In this document: piece after piece, positions 20,497 to 29,002 of the stretch | Position numbering within the stretch: the stretch's first letter is position 1 | Layout: each line of letters opens with the position of its first letter | Assembly: GCA_963668675.2 (NCBI GenBank) | Contig: CAXXMB010000002.1 | Location: 1,824,001 to 1,888,000, forward strand | Length of the DNA: 64,000 nucleotides | DNA from: an uncultured Desulfatitalea sp. | GTDB taxonomy: Bacteria > Desulfobacterota > Desulfobacteria > Desulfobacterales > Desulfosarcinaceae | Direction: 5' to 3' | Notes under the pieces: generated by a model | Seen by the model: the letters and a program-made list of their open reading frames with translations, nothing else | Database searches by the model: none | What the model was told of the DNA's origin: nothing | Translations under genes and position numbers: made by a program

Positions 20497-21747
20497 CTAC
20501 AGCACCTCAAGAGCGCATGCCATGGAGACCCCGCCGCCACCGCACAGCGTCGCCAAGCCCAGATTCTTGCCCCGGCTGCGCAGCAGGTGGAGCAGAGTGA
20601 CCATGATGCGGCAGCCGGTGGCGCCCACCGGGTGCCCCAATCCGATGCCGGAACCGTTGACATTGGTGATCTCCCGGTTGAGGCCCAATTCGCGTTCGCA
20701 CCCGAGGTACTGGCCCGCAAAGGCCTCGTTGAGCTCGATCAGCTCGAAGTCCTCCAGCTTTAAGTTGCTGTTGTCGAGCAGATGCCGCACCGCGGGCACC
20801 GGCGAAAGCCCCATGACCGACGGATGGCAGGCCCCTCGCCCGATGGCCCGGATCCGCGCCAGGGGCTTCAACCCGAGCTCCTTGGCCTTGTCGGCGGACA
20901 TGATCACCATGGCGGCCGAACCATCGTTGATGCCGCTGCTGTTGCCGGCGGTCACTTTGCCGGTGTTGGGCACGAAGGCCGGTGGCAGCTTTTTCAGGTC
21001 ATCCATGGTGAGCCCGGGCCGGAAGTGCTCGTCTTTGTCGAAAACGAGTGGATCCTTCTTCCGGCGGGGGACCTCGATGGGGACGATCTCCGCCTTGAAG
21101 TCACCTTCGGTCGTGGCGCGTTCGGCGCCGTTGTGGCTGCGCAGAGCCACTTCGTCCATCTCTTCACGGGAGATGTCCAGATGCTGGGCGATAAACTCGG
21201 CCGTGTGGCCCATGATGTAAGGTTTGCCTTTGAAATAGCTCAGCGGCGGCTGACTGGCATCCACCGGGCCGTCTTCGGGATGGGGGATGATGTGCGATCC
21301 GCAGTGCAGCGCCCAGATCAGGGCATCCACAAAAGTGTGGTCCTGTAAGCGGCAGCCCCAGCGCGCCTTGGGCACCTGGTAGGCAACCCCCGACATGTGC
21401 TCCACACCGCCAGCGAGAATGATCTCCGCCATGCCGGCCTGAATCATGGCCATGCCCGAAAGAACCGCCTCCATGCCCGAGATGCAGACACGGTTGATGG
21501 TAACGGCCGGCACGGTGTCGGGAATGCCGGCCAGCAGCGCCCCCACACGGGTGACGTTGAGGGCGTCGGACGGCTCCAGGCAGCAGCCGTAGCGCACATC
21601 GTCAAGGAGGGCAGGATCGAGGCCGGCCCGATCGAGGGCCGCATTCATGGTGACGCTTGCAATGTGGGCAGCATGCTGATCGCGAAGTGAACCGCCAAAA
21701 GCGCCAATGGCCGTTCGGCATGCCGAAACGATAACGACATCTTTCAT
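20497..21747 (-). CDS. acetyl-CoA C-acyltransferase (thiolase)
   Basis: NRVCISG, NEAF, GHPVGATG and CGGGG motifs. Confidence 0.93.
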   Translation of the reverse strand: MKDVVIVSACRTAIGAFGGSLRDQHAAHIASVTMNAALDRAGLDPALLDDVRYGCCLEPSDALNVTRVGALLAGIPDTVPAVTINRVCISGMEAVLSGMAMIQAGMAEIILAGGVEHMSGVAYQVPKARWGCRLQDHTFVDALIWALHCGSHIIPHPEDGPVDASQPPLSYFKGKPYIMGHTAEFIAQHLDISREEMDEVALRSHNGAERATTEGDFKAEIVPIEVPRRKKDPLVFDKDEHFRPGLTMDDLKKLPPAFVPNTGKVTAGNSSGINDGSAAMVIMSADKAKELGLKPLARIRAIGRGACHPSVMGLSPVPAVRHLLDNSNLKLEDFELIELNEAFAGQYLGCERELGLNREITNVNGSGIGLGHPVGATGCRIMVTLLHLLRSRGKNLGLATLCGGGGVSMACALEVL

Positions 21748-22066
21748 ATATGCTCCTTGCTGTTGGGTGGATTGGGTTCAAAGTAAACGGGGACCGGGCC
21801 GGCTATTTCTTCAAGGGAACAGGAATCAATAGAGTAGAGTTAGCCTAACGGCGAAGTTTCTGTCAAGCCGTGCTTTAAGTAAAGCCTGCAGCGTGTTTGA
21901 AATGGGATTTTAAAGTCAATGTGATGAACGAGGGCGGGTGGACTGGACGGGCGTAAAGCCCGCCCCTGCGAGGTTTGGGTATAAACGCTATTCGTGATCA
22001 TGAATGAGCCGTGCAGGGGCAGCCGCGCAAGCATCATAACCTAATGAAATTGCATCTGAAAGTGCG

Positions 22067-23914
22067 CTAACGGAGGTTTGAAATCTTCATGGCATACTGC
22101 TTGGGTTGCTCTTCGGATTCGGCAATGCGAACGTTTTGCATCTCTTTGGGAATGACAATCTTTTTGTGGGGTCCGGCAACCATGGTTTTGGTATAGACCA
22201 TACCGCTCGCCTTGACGACGGGTATGCCAGGATCGACTTTGGCAGCCTCCTCCAGAACGCCCATCTGCTCCTTGGTCGCTTCGCTCTGCTCTTCGAGCGC
22301 CTTGATCTCTTTTTCCAACTCGGCGATTTTCGCCCGGACCTGATCGTCACGGGACATGATCTGTTGGATCTGCTCGTCCAGTTCGTCGTACTTTTTGGCC
22401 AGATCGCCGATCAGCTCTTGGAGCATGCTGCATTTGGCCGGATCGCTGGCAACCGCCTCTCCGTTGAGCTTCTCTTCCAGTCGGCGCTTCTGCACCATGC
22501 ACCCGTCCTGCTCCTGTGCCGCAGATCCCAGATCGGCATCCAGTTCATCGATCCGGCCTCTCAGCACGGCAATCTCGGCCTCTGATTCGGTCTGTTTCTG
22601 CTGCATGGCGGCCAGTTCCTCTTTGGCGGCCTCCATATCCCGCTCGAACTTGAAGTCGACCCCCACGATCAGCTCGCTCGGTTTGGCGGCCTGGGTGCCA
22701 ACATCTTTTACCTGAATGCCCTTTTTGGCCGTTATCTTAGAAGCGATGATTTTACCACTGTCGATCAAACAGCGGCCATTGACTTCGATGGTGCAACCGA
22801 AGATCTCTTTATCAACCACCAAATCCCCCAACACCTCAACCGTTGAGTTGTGGATATGGCTGGCCTTGAGGTGCCCGCCCACCACAACCTTCGATTTATA
22901 GACACCGGCATCGCTGACCAGGTCTTCAGTCAACTCGATCTCGGCACTCTGGATCTCTTTGGTATTGAGACTGGCGCCTTTAACGGTATAGCCGCTGGCC
23001 ACGCCTCCATTGACCTCGATATGACCATCGAAATCGATGTTGCCGGTTTCGATGCCGATCTCCGTATCGATGGGAAGTACGCGGAACACGCCGATCCGGC
23101 CGTCTACCCCCAGTTTGGGCATGCCGCCGTTTTTGGCCACAATCTGTTTGCCGTCTTCGGAACGCCCCGCGCCTTTGGTGAATTTCAAAGGCGGTTCCTT
23201 GATCCGCGGAGGTGGCACCTCCTGACCGTAGATGTTGGTACCGGGCTTACCCGGATCGCCCCCCACCTTTTCAGCCAGCAGTTCACCCTCCTTTACCTGT
23301 GGAATATCCCCGCGGTTTTTCCAATCCATGGTGCCGTCTTCCAGCAGGGTGCCGATCCGCAAAGGATCGGTATCGAAATAGAAACGAATCTCAGGTGGGT
23401 TCCCGGGAACAGGCGGCTCACCCTGTGCTGCCACAAACGGATCCTTGGACAAGGGGTTCTTATCAAGGTAGGAGGATATCAGTTTGTCGCTGACCAGCCC
23501 GAAAACGATCTCCCGTGCAGCAATCATCCGCTTGACCTCATTGAGGGAGGGTGCGGGAACATTGTCGCCGACCGCTGCGATCGTCGCGGTCAACTTATCG
23601 CCGCTGACGGTCAGGTTCAGACACGCCTCGATGCTGGCGCCGCCATCCGGGGCACTACAGGTGTTTTCCGTTACGTCAGGAGCACTCCCCGACGGCGTGC
23701 CGTTCTGAAGCTTGAGGACTTCATCGATTTGCGGTTCAGTCATAAGTCCCATTTTGAGCAGCACCGAGCCGAGGGGCATATAGACCTTGGTGCGATTGGA
23801 AATGCAGCGCTGGATCACCAGGGCTCGTTCGATCTTCTCCCTGGTCACCATCTGTTCCTTTACTGCAATATCGCCAAACCGTTCGTCTTGGCGCTCAACA
23901 CTGGGCATCGTCAT
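22067..23914 (-). CDS. FapA/DUF342 family protein with N-terminal MshEN-like motifs
   Basis: DWKNRG.IPQVKEGELLA, PGTNIYGQ and TGNIDFDG motifs, then a beta-helix and coiled coil. Confidence 0.85.
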   Translation of the reverse strand: MTMPSVERQDERFGDIAVKEQMVTREKIERALVIQRCISNRTKVYMPLGSVLLKMGLMTEPQIDEVLKLQNGTPSGSAPDVTENTCSAPDGGASIEACLNLTVSGDKLTATIAAVGDNVPAPSLNEVKRMIAAREIVFGLVSDKLISSYLDKNPLSKDPFVAAQGEPPVPGNPPEIRFYFDTDPLRIGTLLEDGTMDWKNRGDIPQVKEGELLAEKVGGDPGKPGTNIYGQEVPPPRIKEPPLKFTKGAGRSEDGKQIVAKNGGMPKLGVDGRIGVFRVLPIDTEIGIETGNIDFDGHIEVNGGVASGYTVKGASLNTKEIQSAEIELTEDLVSDAGVYKSKVVVGGHLKASHIHNSTVEVLGDLVVDKEIFGCTIEVNGRCLIDSGKIIASKITAKKGIQVKDVGTQAAKPSELIVGVDFKFERDMEAAKEELAAMQQKQTESEAEIAVLRGRIDELDADLGSAAQEQDGCMVQKRRLEEKLNGEAVASDPAKCSMLQELIGDLAKKYDELDEQIQQIMSRDDQVRAKIAELEKEIKALEEQSEATKEQMGVLEEAAKVDPGIPVVKASGMVYTKTMVAGPHKKIVIPKEMQNVRIAESEEQPKQYAMKISNLR

Positions 23915-23941
23915 ATCCTTGGTGAAATTGGCTTATGATTA

Positions 23942-23968
23942 CTATCGACCAGCAAATGCTAAACTTTA
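23942..23968 (-). promoter_or_regulatory. sigma28-type promoter
   Basis: Minus strand TAAA-N15-GTCGATAG just upstream of the fapA-like gene. Confidence 0.75.
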
Positions 23969-24102
23969 GTAAGAACAAGGGACCTCGCCCCCCGGGACGG
24001 GCCCGGGGGGTATCGTCGGAACGAAGGGAAGTCACGGAAGAGGTGATTTTTCAAACGACCTTACTTACGGATGATGGGCCTTCGTAGCACATCCGAGGTG
24101 CG

Positions 24103-24639
24103 TCAGGTCGCTTGGGCGTAAGCCTGAGGATCAAAGGGGGAACCGGTCGGGAAGGCCCGGTTACCCAACTCACGGTCCAGCATGAGCAGGGCGCTTTTGC
24201 TGCCTGTCACCATCTCCATTTCAGCGGCAATCTTGCCGCTGGTGGCCTCCTCTTCGATCTGCTCCTCGGTGAACCAGGCCAGAAGCGGCTCGGATTGATA
24301 ATCCCTCACCTCTCGGGCAATGGTTGTCAGGTTATTGATTTTCGAGGTGATAAACTGCTCATGCGCGTAAGCATCCTTCCACGCCTCGGCCGGTGAGGAC
24401 CACTGGGTCTTGAGAATCGACAGATCCATAAGCGCCACCGGCGCCCCGCGATCGATCAGGTGATCCATGAACTTCATGGCATGTATGGTCTCCTCGTGTG
24501 CCTGGGAACGCATCCAGTGGGCCATGCCGTCCATGCTGAGCGAATGAAAATAGGCGGCCATGGAGAGATAGATATAGGCGGACTCCATTTCGTTCTTGAT
24601 CTGTTCGTTTATCGCTTCGACCAATTTATCCGGAATCAT
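24103..24639 (-). CDS. ftn: non-heme ferritin
   Basis: NEQIKNEMESAYIYLSM, EETIHAMK, HEQFIT and WFTEEQIEEE ferroxidase residues. Confidence 0.93.
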   Translation of the reverse strand: MIPDKLVEAINEQIKNEMESAYIYLSMAAYFHSLSMDGMAHWMRSQAHEETIHAMKFMDHLIDRGAPVALMDLSILKTQWSSPAEAWKDAYAHEQFITSKINNLTTIAREVRDYQSEPLLAWFTEEQIEEEATSGKIAAEMEMVTGSKSALLMLDRELGNRAFPTGSPFDPQAYAQAT

Positions 24640-24879
24640 TTCAATCTCCTTTATGGTTAGGTGGTTGATCGTCTATCATTAGGCAATGAAGATAAATACT
24701 GGAGTGCCGGACGGCAAGCCGGATAAGGCCAAATTGTCGATTGGTTTGGTCGGATTACCGGGAAGGGTCTTAGGCGGATTGCCGGGGAGGGGCGGAGAAC
24801 ATTACGAAATGAGTCATATGCTGAAAAAATGCCTGTCTTACGACCTGAACAATGCCCTATCGCTTCGGGCTTGCCACTA

Positions 24880-25053
24880 TCAGACCTGAATATCGAGCTG
24901 CTGGCCTATGCCCAGCGCCTGAAGAATGTCAGCCATCTGCTGCTGAACCTCCGCCATCTGCTTGAGAATTGTCGTCTGCATGGCGGTGTTGGATTCAAGC
25001 TGGCGTGCGATGCCCTTCATCGCTGAATTGGTGCTGACCGGGGAGACGTCCAT
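24880..25053 (-). CDS. 57-aa small protein, YjfB/putative-motility-protein-like (absent from the ORF track)
   Basis: Hand translation: MDVSPVSTNSAMKGIARQLESNTAMQTTILKQMAEVQQQMADILQALGIGQQLDIQV. AAAGGA RBS, tandem TGA-TAG stops, sigma28 promoter upstream. Confidence 0.75.
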   Translation of the reverse strand: MDVSPVSTNSAMKGIARQLESNTAMQTTILKQMAEVQQQMADILQALGIGQQLDIQV

Positions 25054-25091
25054 GGTGCATATCCTTTCAAAAGAAAACTGCCTTTTTCATA

Positions 25092-25118
25092 CTATCGGTC
25101 CCATAGAGAAAAACTTGA
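25092..25118 (-). promoter_or_regulatory. sigma28-type promoter
   Basis: Minus strand TCAA-N15-ACCGATAG. Confidence 0.7.
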
Positions 25119-25196
25119 GCCCAAATCAAACTATCCAAAGCAGCCATTGCAATTGGATCGTTGACCTATATTCGGCAATTGTGAGATGAACCCCAC

Positions 25197-25688
25197 ATGA
25201 CAGATGTCTCGAACAACCATCAGCGCCACGTGGTGCTGGTAGCACCCGAAGTGCACTGGAATACCGGCAATATCGGTCGAACCTGCCTGGGTGCAGGTGC
25301 CATGCTTCACCTGATTCGTCCCCTGGGCTTTTCACTGGAGAGCCGGCAGGTCAAACGGGCGGGCCTTGATTACTGGCACAAGGTTTCCCTTTCGGTATGG
25401 GATGACTTCGACCGCTTTCTCGGTGGCATGCAACCGAGAAAAGATGAAATCGTACTGCTGACAAAAAGCGGCAGGCGACCTCACTGGCAAATGCCATATG
25501 CAAAACGGCTCTTTCTCCTGTTTGGTTCGGAGACCAGGGGGCTTCCCCAGACAATCTTAAGCCGGTTCAGCCAGCAGACCTACCACATACCCATTGCCAG
25601 AGATATCCGGTGCTTGAATCTGTCAACGGCCGTAGGCATCGCTTTGTATGAGAGCTTGCGACCCGGCCGGACCCCCCTTTCATTATGA
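25197..25688 (+). CDS. trmL: tRNA (cytidine/uridine-34-2'-O)-methyltransferase
   Basis: PEVHWNTGNIGRTC, RAGLDYW, FGSETRGL and RCLNLS SPOUT motifs. Confidence 0.92.
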   Translation: MTDVSNNHQRHVVLVAPEVHWNTGNIGRTCLGAGAMLHLIRPLGFSLESRQVKRAGLDYWHKVSLSVWDDFDRFLGGMQPRKDEIVLLTKSGRRPHWQMPYAKRLFLLFGSETRGLPQTILSRFSQQTYHIPIARDIRCLNLSTAVGIALYESLRPGRTPLSL

Positions 25689-26320
25689 AACTGTTTTCCT
25701 ACTTTCTATTTCGTTTTTCTCTCAAAGTGATATAGCCGCCCGCCAATCCCTCTTTAGCCTCCAACCTTTGAAAAAACTATATTCATATGAATTTCAAATG
25801 GTTTCACAGCAACTTCGACTTCAGTGGATGTTTGGCAAGCTAATTGCTTTTTCAATCACAGAGAGGAAGTTGAAAACGAAAGGTCATATGCAATGATGGA
25901 CTTTATAATAGCTGCGGTACTCTACCTGGCACTTATGTTTATTCTCTTTTTCTGTCTTTCATTTGTCACCATCGGTATCACCTATGCGGTTGCCGCATTC
26001 GTAAGGCGCTGCATGAATCGCTTTAGACCACCAAGTCTTGTTCTGAAATAGCCCAAACAGCCGCAGGACCATCCGGATGCGTAGCCGCACCTCCGGCCTG
26101 AATAACAGTCATGAAAGCGTGCTACGTGATCTCCTTTACAGCGGGATCGCACCATGCTCCACCCCACGACCCATCCCCGCATACCCTTCGCCACCAGCAA
26201 CCCCTAAAAGGGGCTTGTCAAGCGATCCATTTGTGTGCTGAAATGGATCTGTTAACGACGAGGCATACGATAGTGAATCGAATGGGCTCAAAAGTATACC
26301 GGTTAAAGGAGTGTGGCGAA

Positions 26321-26791
26321 ATGAAAAGAGCGTATATCCATAAAAAGGTGGGAATCGTCATCTTCATCAGTTTGGTGGCCACCTTTATCAGCCTCCCGGC
26401 CAGCCATGCCGAGTATCTCAATCCGGCAGTGCCAGGTGAAGGAACGGCCGCTTACTGGATGGATAAGGGGGGGCTGTACAGCACATACGGAAATTTCCCG
26501 GCTGCAATCCGCGCCTATGAAGCGTCGCTGGCGCTGGAGCCGAACAACAGCGAGGCCTACTTTGACATGGGCATCGCATACAGTGAGATGGGCGACTACC
26601 AAAACGCCCTGGAGTATATCGCAAAGGCGATCACGCTCGCTTCTGAAAACGGCCGCTACTACTATGGACGCGCCTGGACCATGATCCTCTCTGGTCGCAG
26701 CTCGGAGGCGGAGGCGGACATGGTCAAAGCAGCCAACCTCGGAGACCGTGACGCCCAGCGCTACATCCAAAGGGATGGTGCCGTCCAATAG
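26321..26791 (+). CDS. exported TPR protein
   Basis: AAGGAG RBS, signal-like hydrophobic N-terminus, three TPR-like repeats. Confidence 0.8.
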   Translation: MKRAYIHKKVGIVIFISLVATFISLPASHAEYLNPAVPGEGTAAYWMDKGGLYSTYGNFPAAIRAYEASLALEPNNSEAYFDMGIAYSEMGDYQNALEYIAKAITLASENGRYYYGRAWTMILSGRSSEAEADMVKAANLGDRDAQRYIQRDGAVQ

Positions 26792-26859
26792 CGTTCAACT
26801 CGACAGATCGCCCGGCACCTTACCCCCTCCAACAATGCCTGGAAAAGGCGGAATAGCCC

Positions 26860-27456
26860 ATGTTGTCAAAGCGGCTGCTGCTATTGGCGTGTGCCATCGC
26901 CCTGGCATGTACAACGGCATGCGACAATTCGAAAATTGAATCGCTTCAGGCCCAACTCGCCCATCGCGACACCACCATTCGTTCACTCGAAGCACAAAAA
27001 GCGGAAATCGCGCAGCGCTGCAAACGCCTGGAGACAGGCATCAACGAGCTCAAAGCGGAATATGACAATCTCAAAAGCCAAAATGAGATCCTCTCCCAAT
27101 GGTCTAAGAAAGTCGCCCAACGCTTCGGCCCCAGCCTCTGGTATTTTGGAACGGATGAAAAACCCCTGCCCGTCAAACCCTACCGACAGGCTAGCCCTGA
27201 GCGCCTTATAACCGAATTGAATCGGATGTTTGCCAAATCGAAGCTGCCCCAGGTTCAACTGCTCAACATCGTGGACAACGTCGCCTATGTCCGCATCCGC
27301 GAGGAGCTGAAACTGACCCAGGGGATGGGAACCACCGGCGCAACAGCCTATATCGAGTCGGTGACCTACACCCTCACGTCCCTTCCCGGCATTGACTATG
27401 TCGATTTCGATTTTCACGCCGGCGACCATGCCATGCCCGGGCGCTACTCACGATAG
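26860..27456 (+). CDS. lipoprotein with coiled coil and GerMN-like C-terminus
   Basis: Lipobox-like Cys and a coiled coil. C-terminal TYTLTSLPGIDYVDF. Confidence 0.7.
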   Translation: MLSKRLLLLACAIALACTTACDNSKIESLQAQLAHRDTTIRSLEAQKAEIAQRCKRLETGINELKAEYDNLKSQNEILSQWSKKVAQRFGPSLWYFGTDEKPLPVKPYRQASPERLITELNRMFAKSKLPQVQLLNIVDNVAYVRIREELKLTQGMGTTGATAYIESVTYTLTSLPGIDYVDFDFHAGDHAMPGRYSR

Positions 27457-27963
27457 CATCCAACCGATTATCTCCCAGTAAAAACACCCGCAGAAAAGCG
27501 TATTTCAGATGGGTATAAGATTTCCCCTATGAGAACAAACAATAAGATGAGTTCAATCATACCATTCTCTTCAGCTTCACCAACAGAGGAGTGGATGGGG
27601 AGGCGAAGGGGCACCTGATGCCTTCAGCCCTATCAGTTTGACAGCAGCCTCTTGTGCCTGTCCCTCATCGAGCTGTCAGTTTGATAGTCCCTACCCAGTT
27701 CCATCTACACGCCGATCCCCAAGCGGATCCCGTTTTCATCAATTTTACAGTTGGTTAGCAACATCCTCCATGAGACACCAGGAGGCTGGTACAGCTATTG
27801 CTCATACCCTGTTTCAAACAGTTCAGGAGAGACAGACGTATGAAACGCAATTCACAACCAGAAAATCGGTTCCATAAAAAGCATAACCCCAATTCCACAG
27901 CGCCTTTACGGGCAACACGGACAACTACCCGTATTTTATGTACTATTATGATACATAGCGTTG

Positions 27964-27979
27964 TGGCATGATTATTGAT
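27964..27979 (+). promoter_or_regulatory. candidate sigma54 -24/-12 promoter
   Basis: TGGCATG-ATTA-TTGAT versus consensus TGGCACG-N4-TTGCW. The -12 element is non-canonical (GA). Confidence 0.4.
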
Positions 27980-27997
27980 TTCGAAGGAATATAAACC

Positions 27998-28765
27998 ATG
28001 AACGTCACGAAAAGGAAAAATAGATTCTACAAAATGACCTGGATGAAACACTCGGAACGCAAAGAGATTCAAACGACCCTCAAACACGGGTTGATTCTAT
28101 ATGTGGTGCTGGCCACTCTCACCATCCCCTCGGGTATCTGCAGCCAGAGCCATCACATCGTGCCCGCCTTCGAAATGGCCAATGCGTCGCAGGCGCAGGA
28201 GGCACCGGCCGAAATGACCCTATCACCGGATCTGGTAGAGGATCTACCCCTGCTCGGCTTCGCCTATGACCTGCAACCGGTCCCGACCGTTGAAGAGCCG
28301 CTGCTGCTTGCCAACGCCGAAGAGAGGGACGAAGCCGTCGATACGCCCCCGTTTCACGACTTTATCGTCCAGGCATCCCAGAACTATGAGGTGGATGCTG
28401 CGTTGATCCGGGCCATTATCTTCGCCGAGTCGAACAACAACCCCCAAGCCGTCTCCCATCGCGGTGCCCAGGGACTCATGCAGCTGATGCCCCGTACCGC
28501 CAGATCGTTGGGTGTGGAGAACAGCTTTGATCCGGCCATGAATATCGACGGTGGTGTGCGCTACTTCAAGCAGCTCCTCGACCGCTTTTCCGGCGACGTG
28601 CGCCTGGCCCTGGCGGCCTATAACGCCGGCAGCCGTTATGTGCACAAATATGGGGGCGTCCCCCCGTTTGGCGCCACCAAACGTTATATCAAGAAAGTGC
28701 TCCACTACCACAAGCAATTCCAGACCGAGATGGCATCCGGCGAAACGTCTGATTCCGCTGTCTAA
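27998..28765 (+). CDS. lytic transglycosylase (SLT domain)
   Basis: AIIFAES, GAQGLMQLMP and ALAAYNAG motifs. Start uncertain. Confidence 0.9.
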   Translation: MNVTKRKNRFYKMTWMKHSERKEIQTTLKHGLILYVVLATLTIPSGICSQSHHIVPAFEMANASQAQEAPAEMTLSPDLVEDLPLLGFAYDLQPVPTVEEPLLLANAEERDEAVDTPPFHDFIVQASQNYEVDAALIRAIIFAESNNNPQAVSHRGAQGLMQLMPRTARSLGVENSFDPAMNIDGGVRYFKQLLDRFSGDVRLALAAYNAGSRYVHKYGGVPPFGATKRYIKKVLHYHKQFQTEMASGETSDSAV

Positions 28766-28787
28766 CCCATTCCAATCCTGTTGAATT

Positions 28788-28822
28788 CAAGCGCCTCGCC
28801 TTCGGGCCGGGCGTTTGTTTTT
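28788..28822 (+). terminator. probable intrinsic terminator
   Basis: CAAGCGCC..TTCG..GGCGTTTG stem followed by a T run. Confidence 0.55.
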
Positions 28823-29002
28823 GGGAACGCCCGCACGGGGATAATTTGCTTGACCTGCCTGCCCCTTCCGAATAAGTTTAACCCTTTTTATTAATGGTAT
28901 GCGCTCAAACACCAATAAGAAGAGCAAGCAGAAAATGAAACCAAAAAGGAGGCAACCCATCTGGAGCGTCAGCGTATGACCACCGGATGGCAATTCAATA
29001 CC

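Noticed and set aside
24750..24796. Two imperfect direct repeats (CGGATT.CCGGG.AGGG) as a CRISPR or iteron array
   Set aside because: Only two degenerate copies, no spacers and no cas genes.
25891..26051. Short hydrophobic ORF (MMDFIIAAVLYLALMF...)
   Set aside because: It may be a real small membrane protein, but there is no family signature or independent support.
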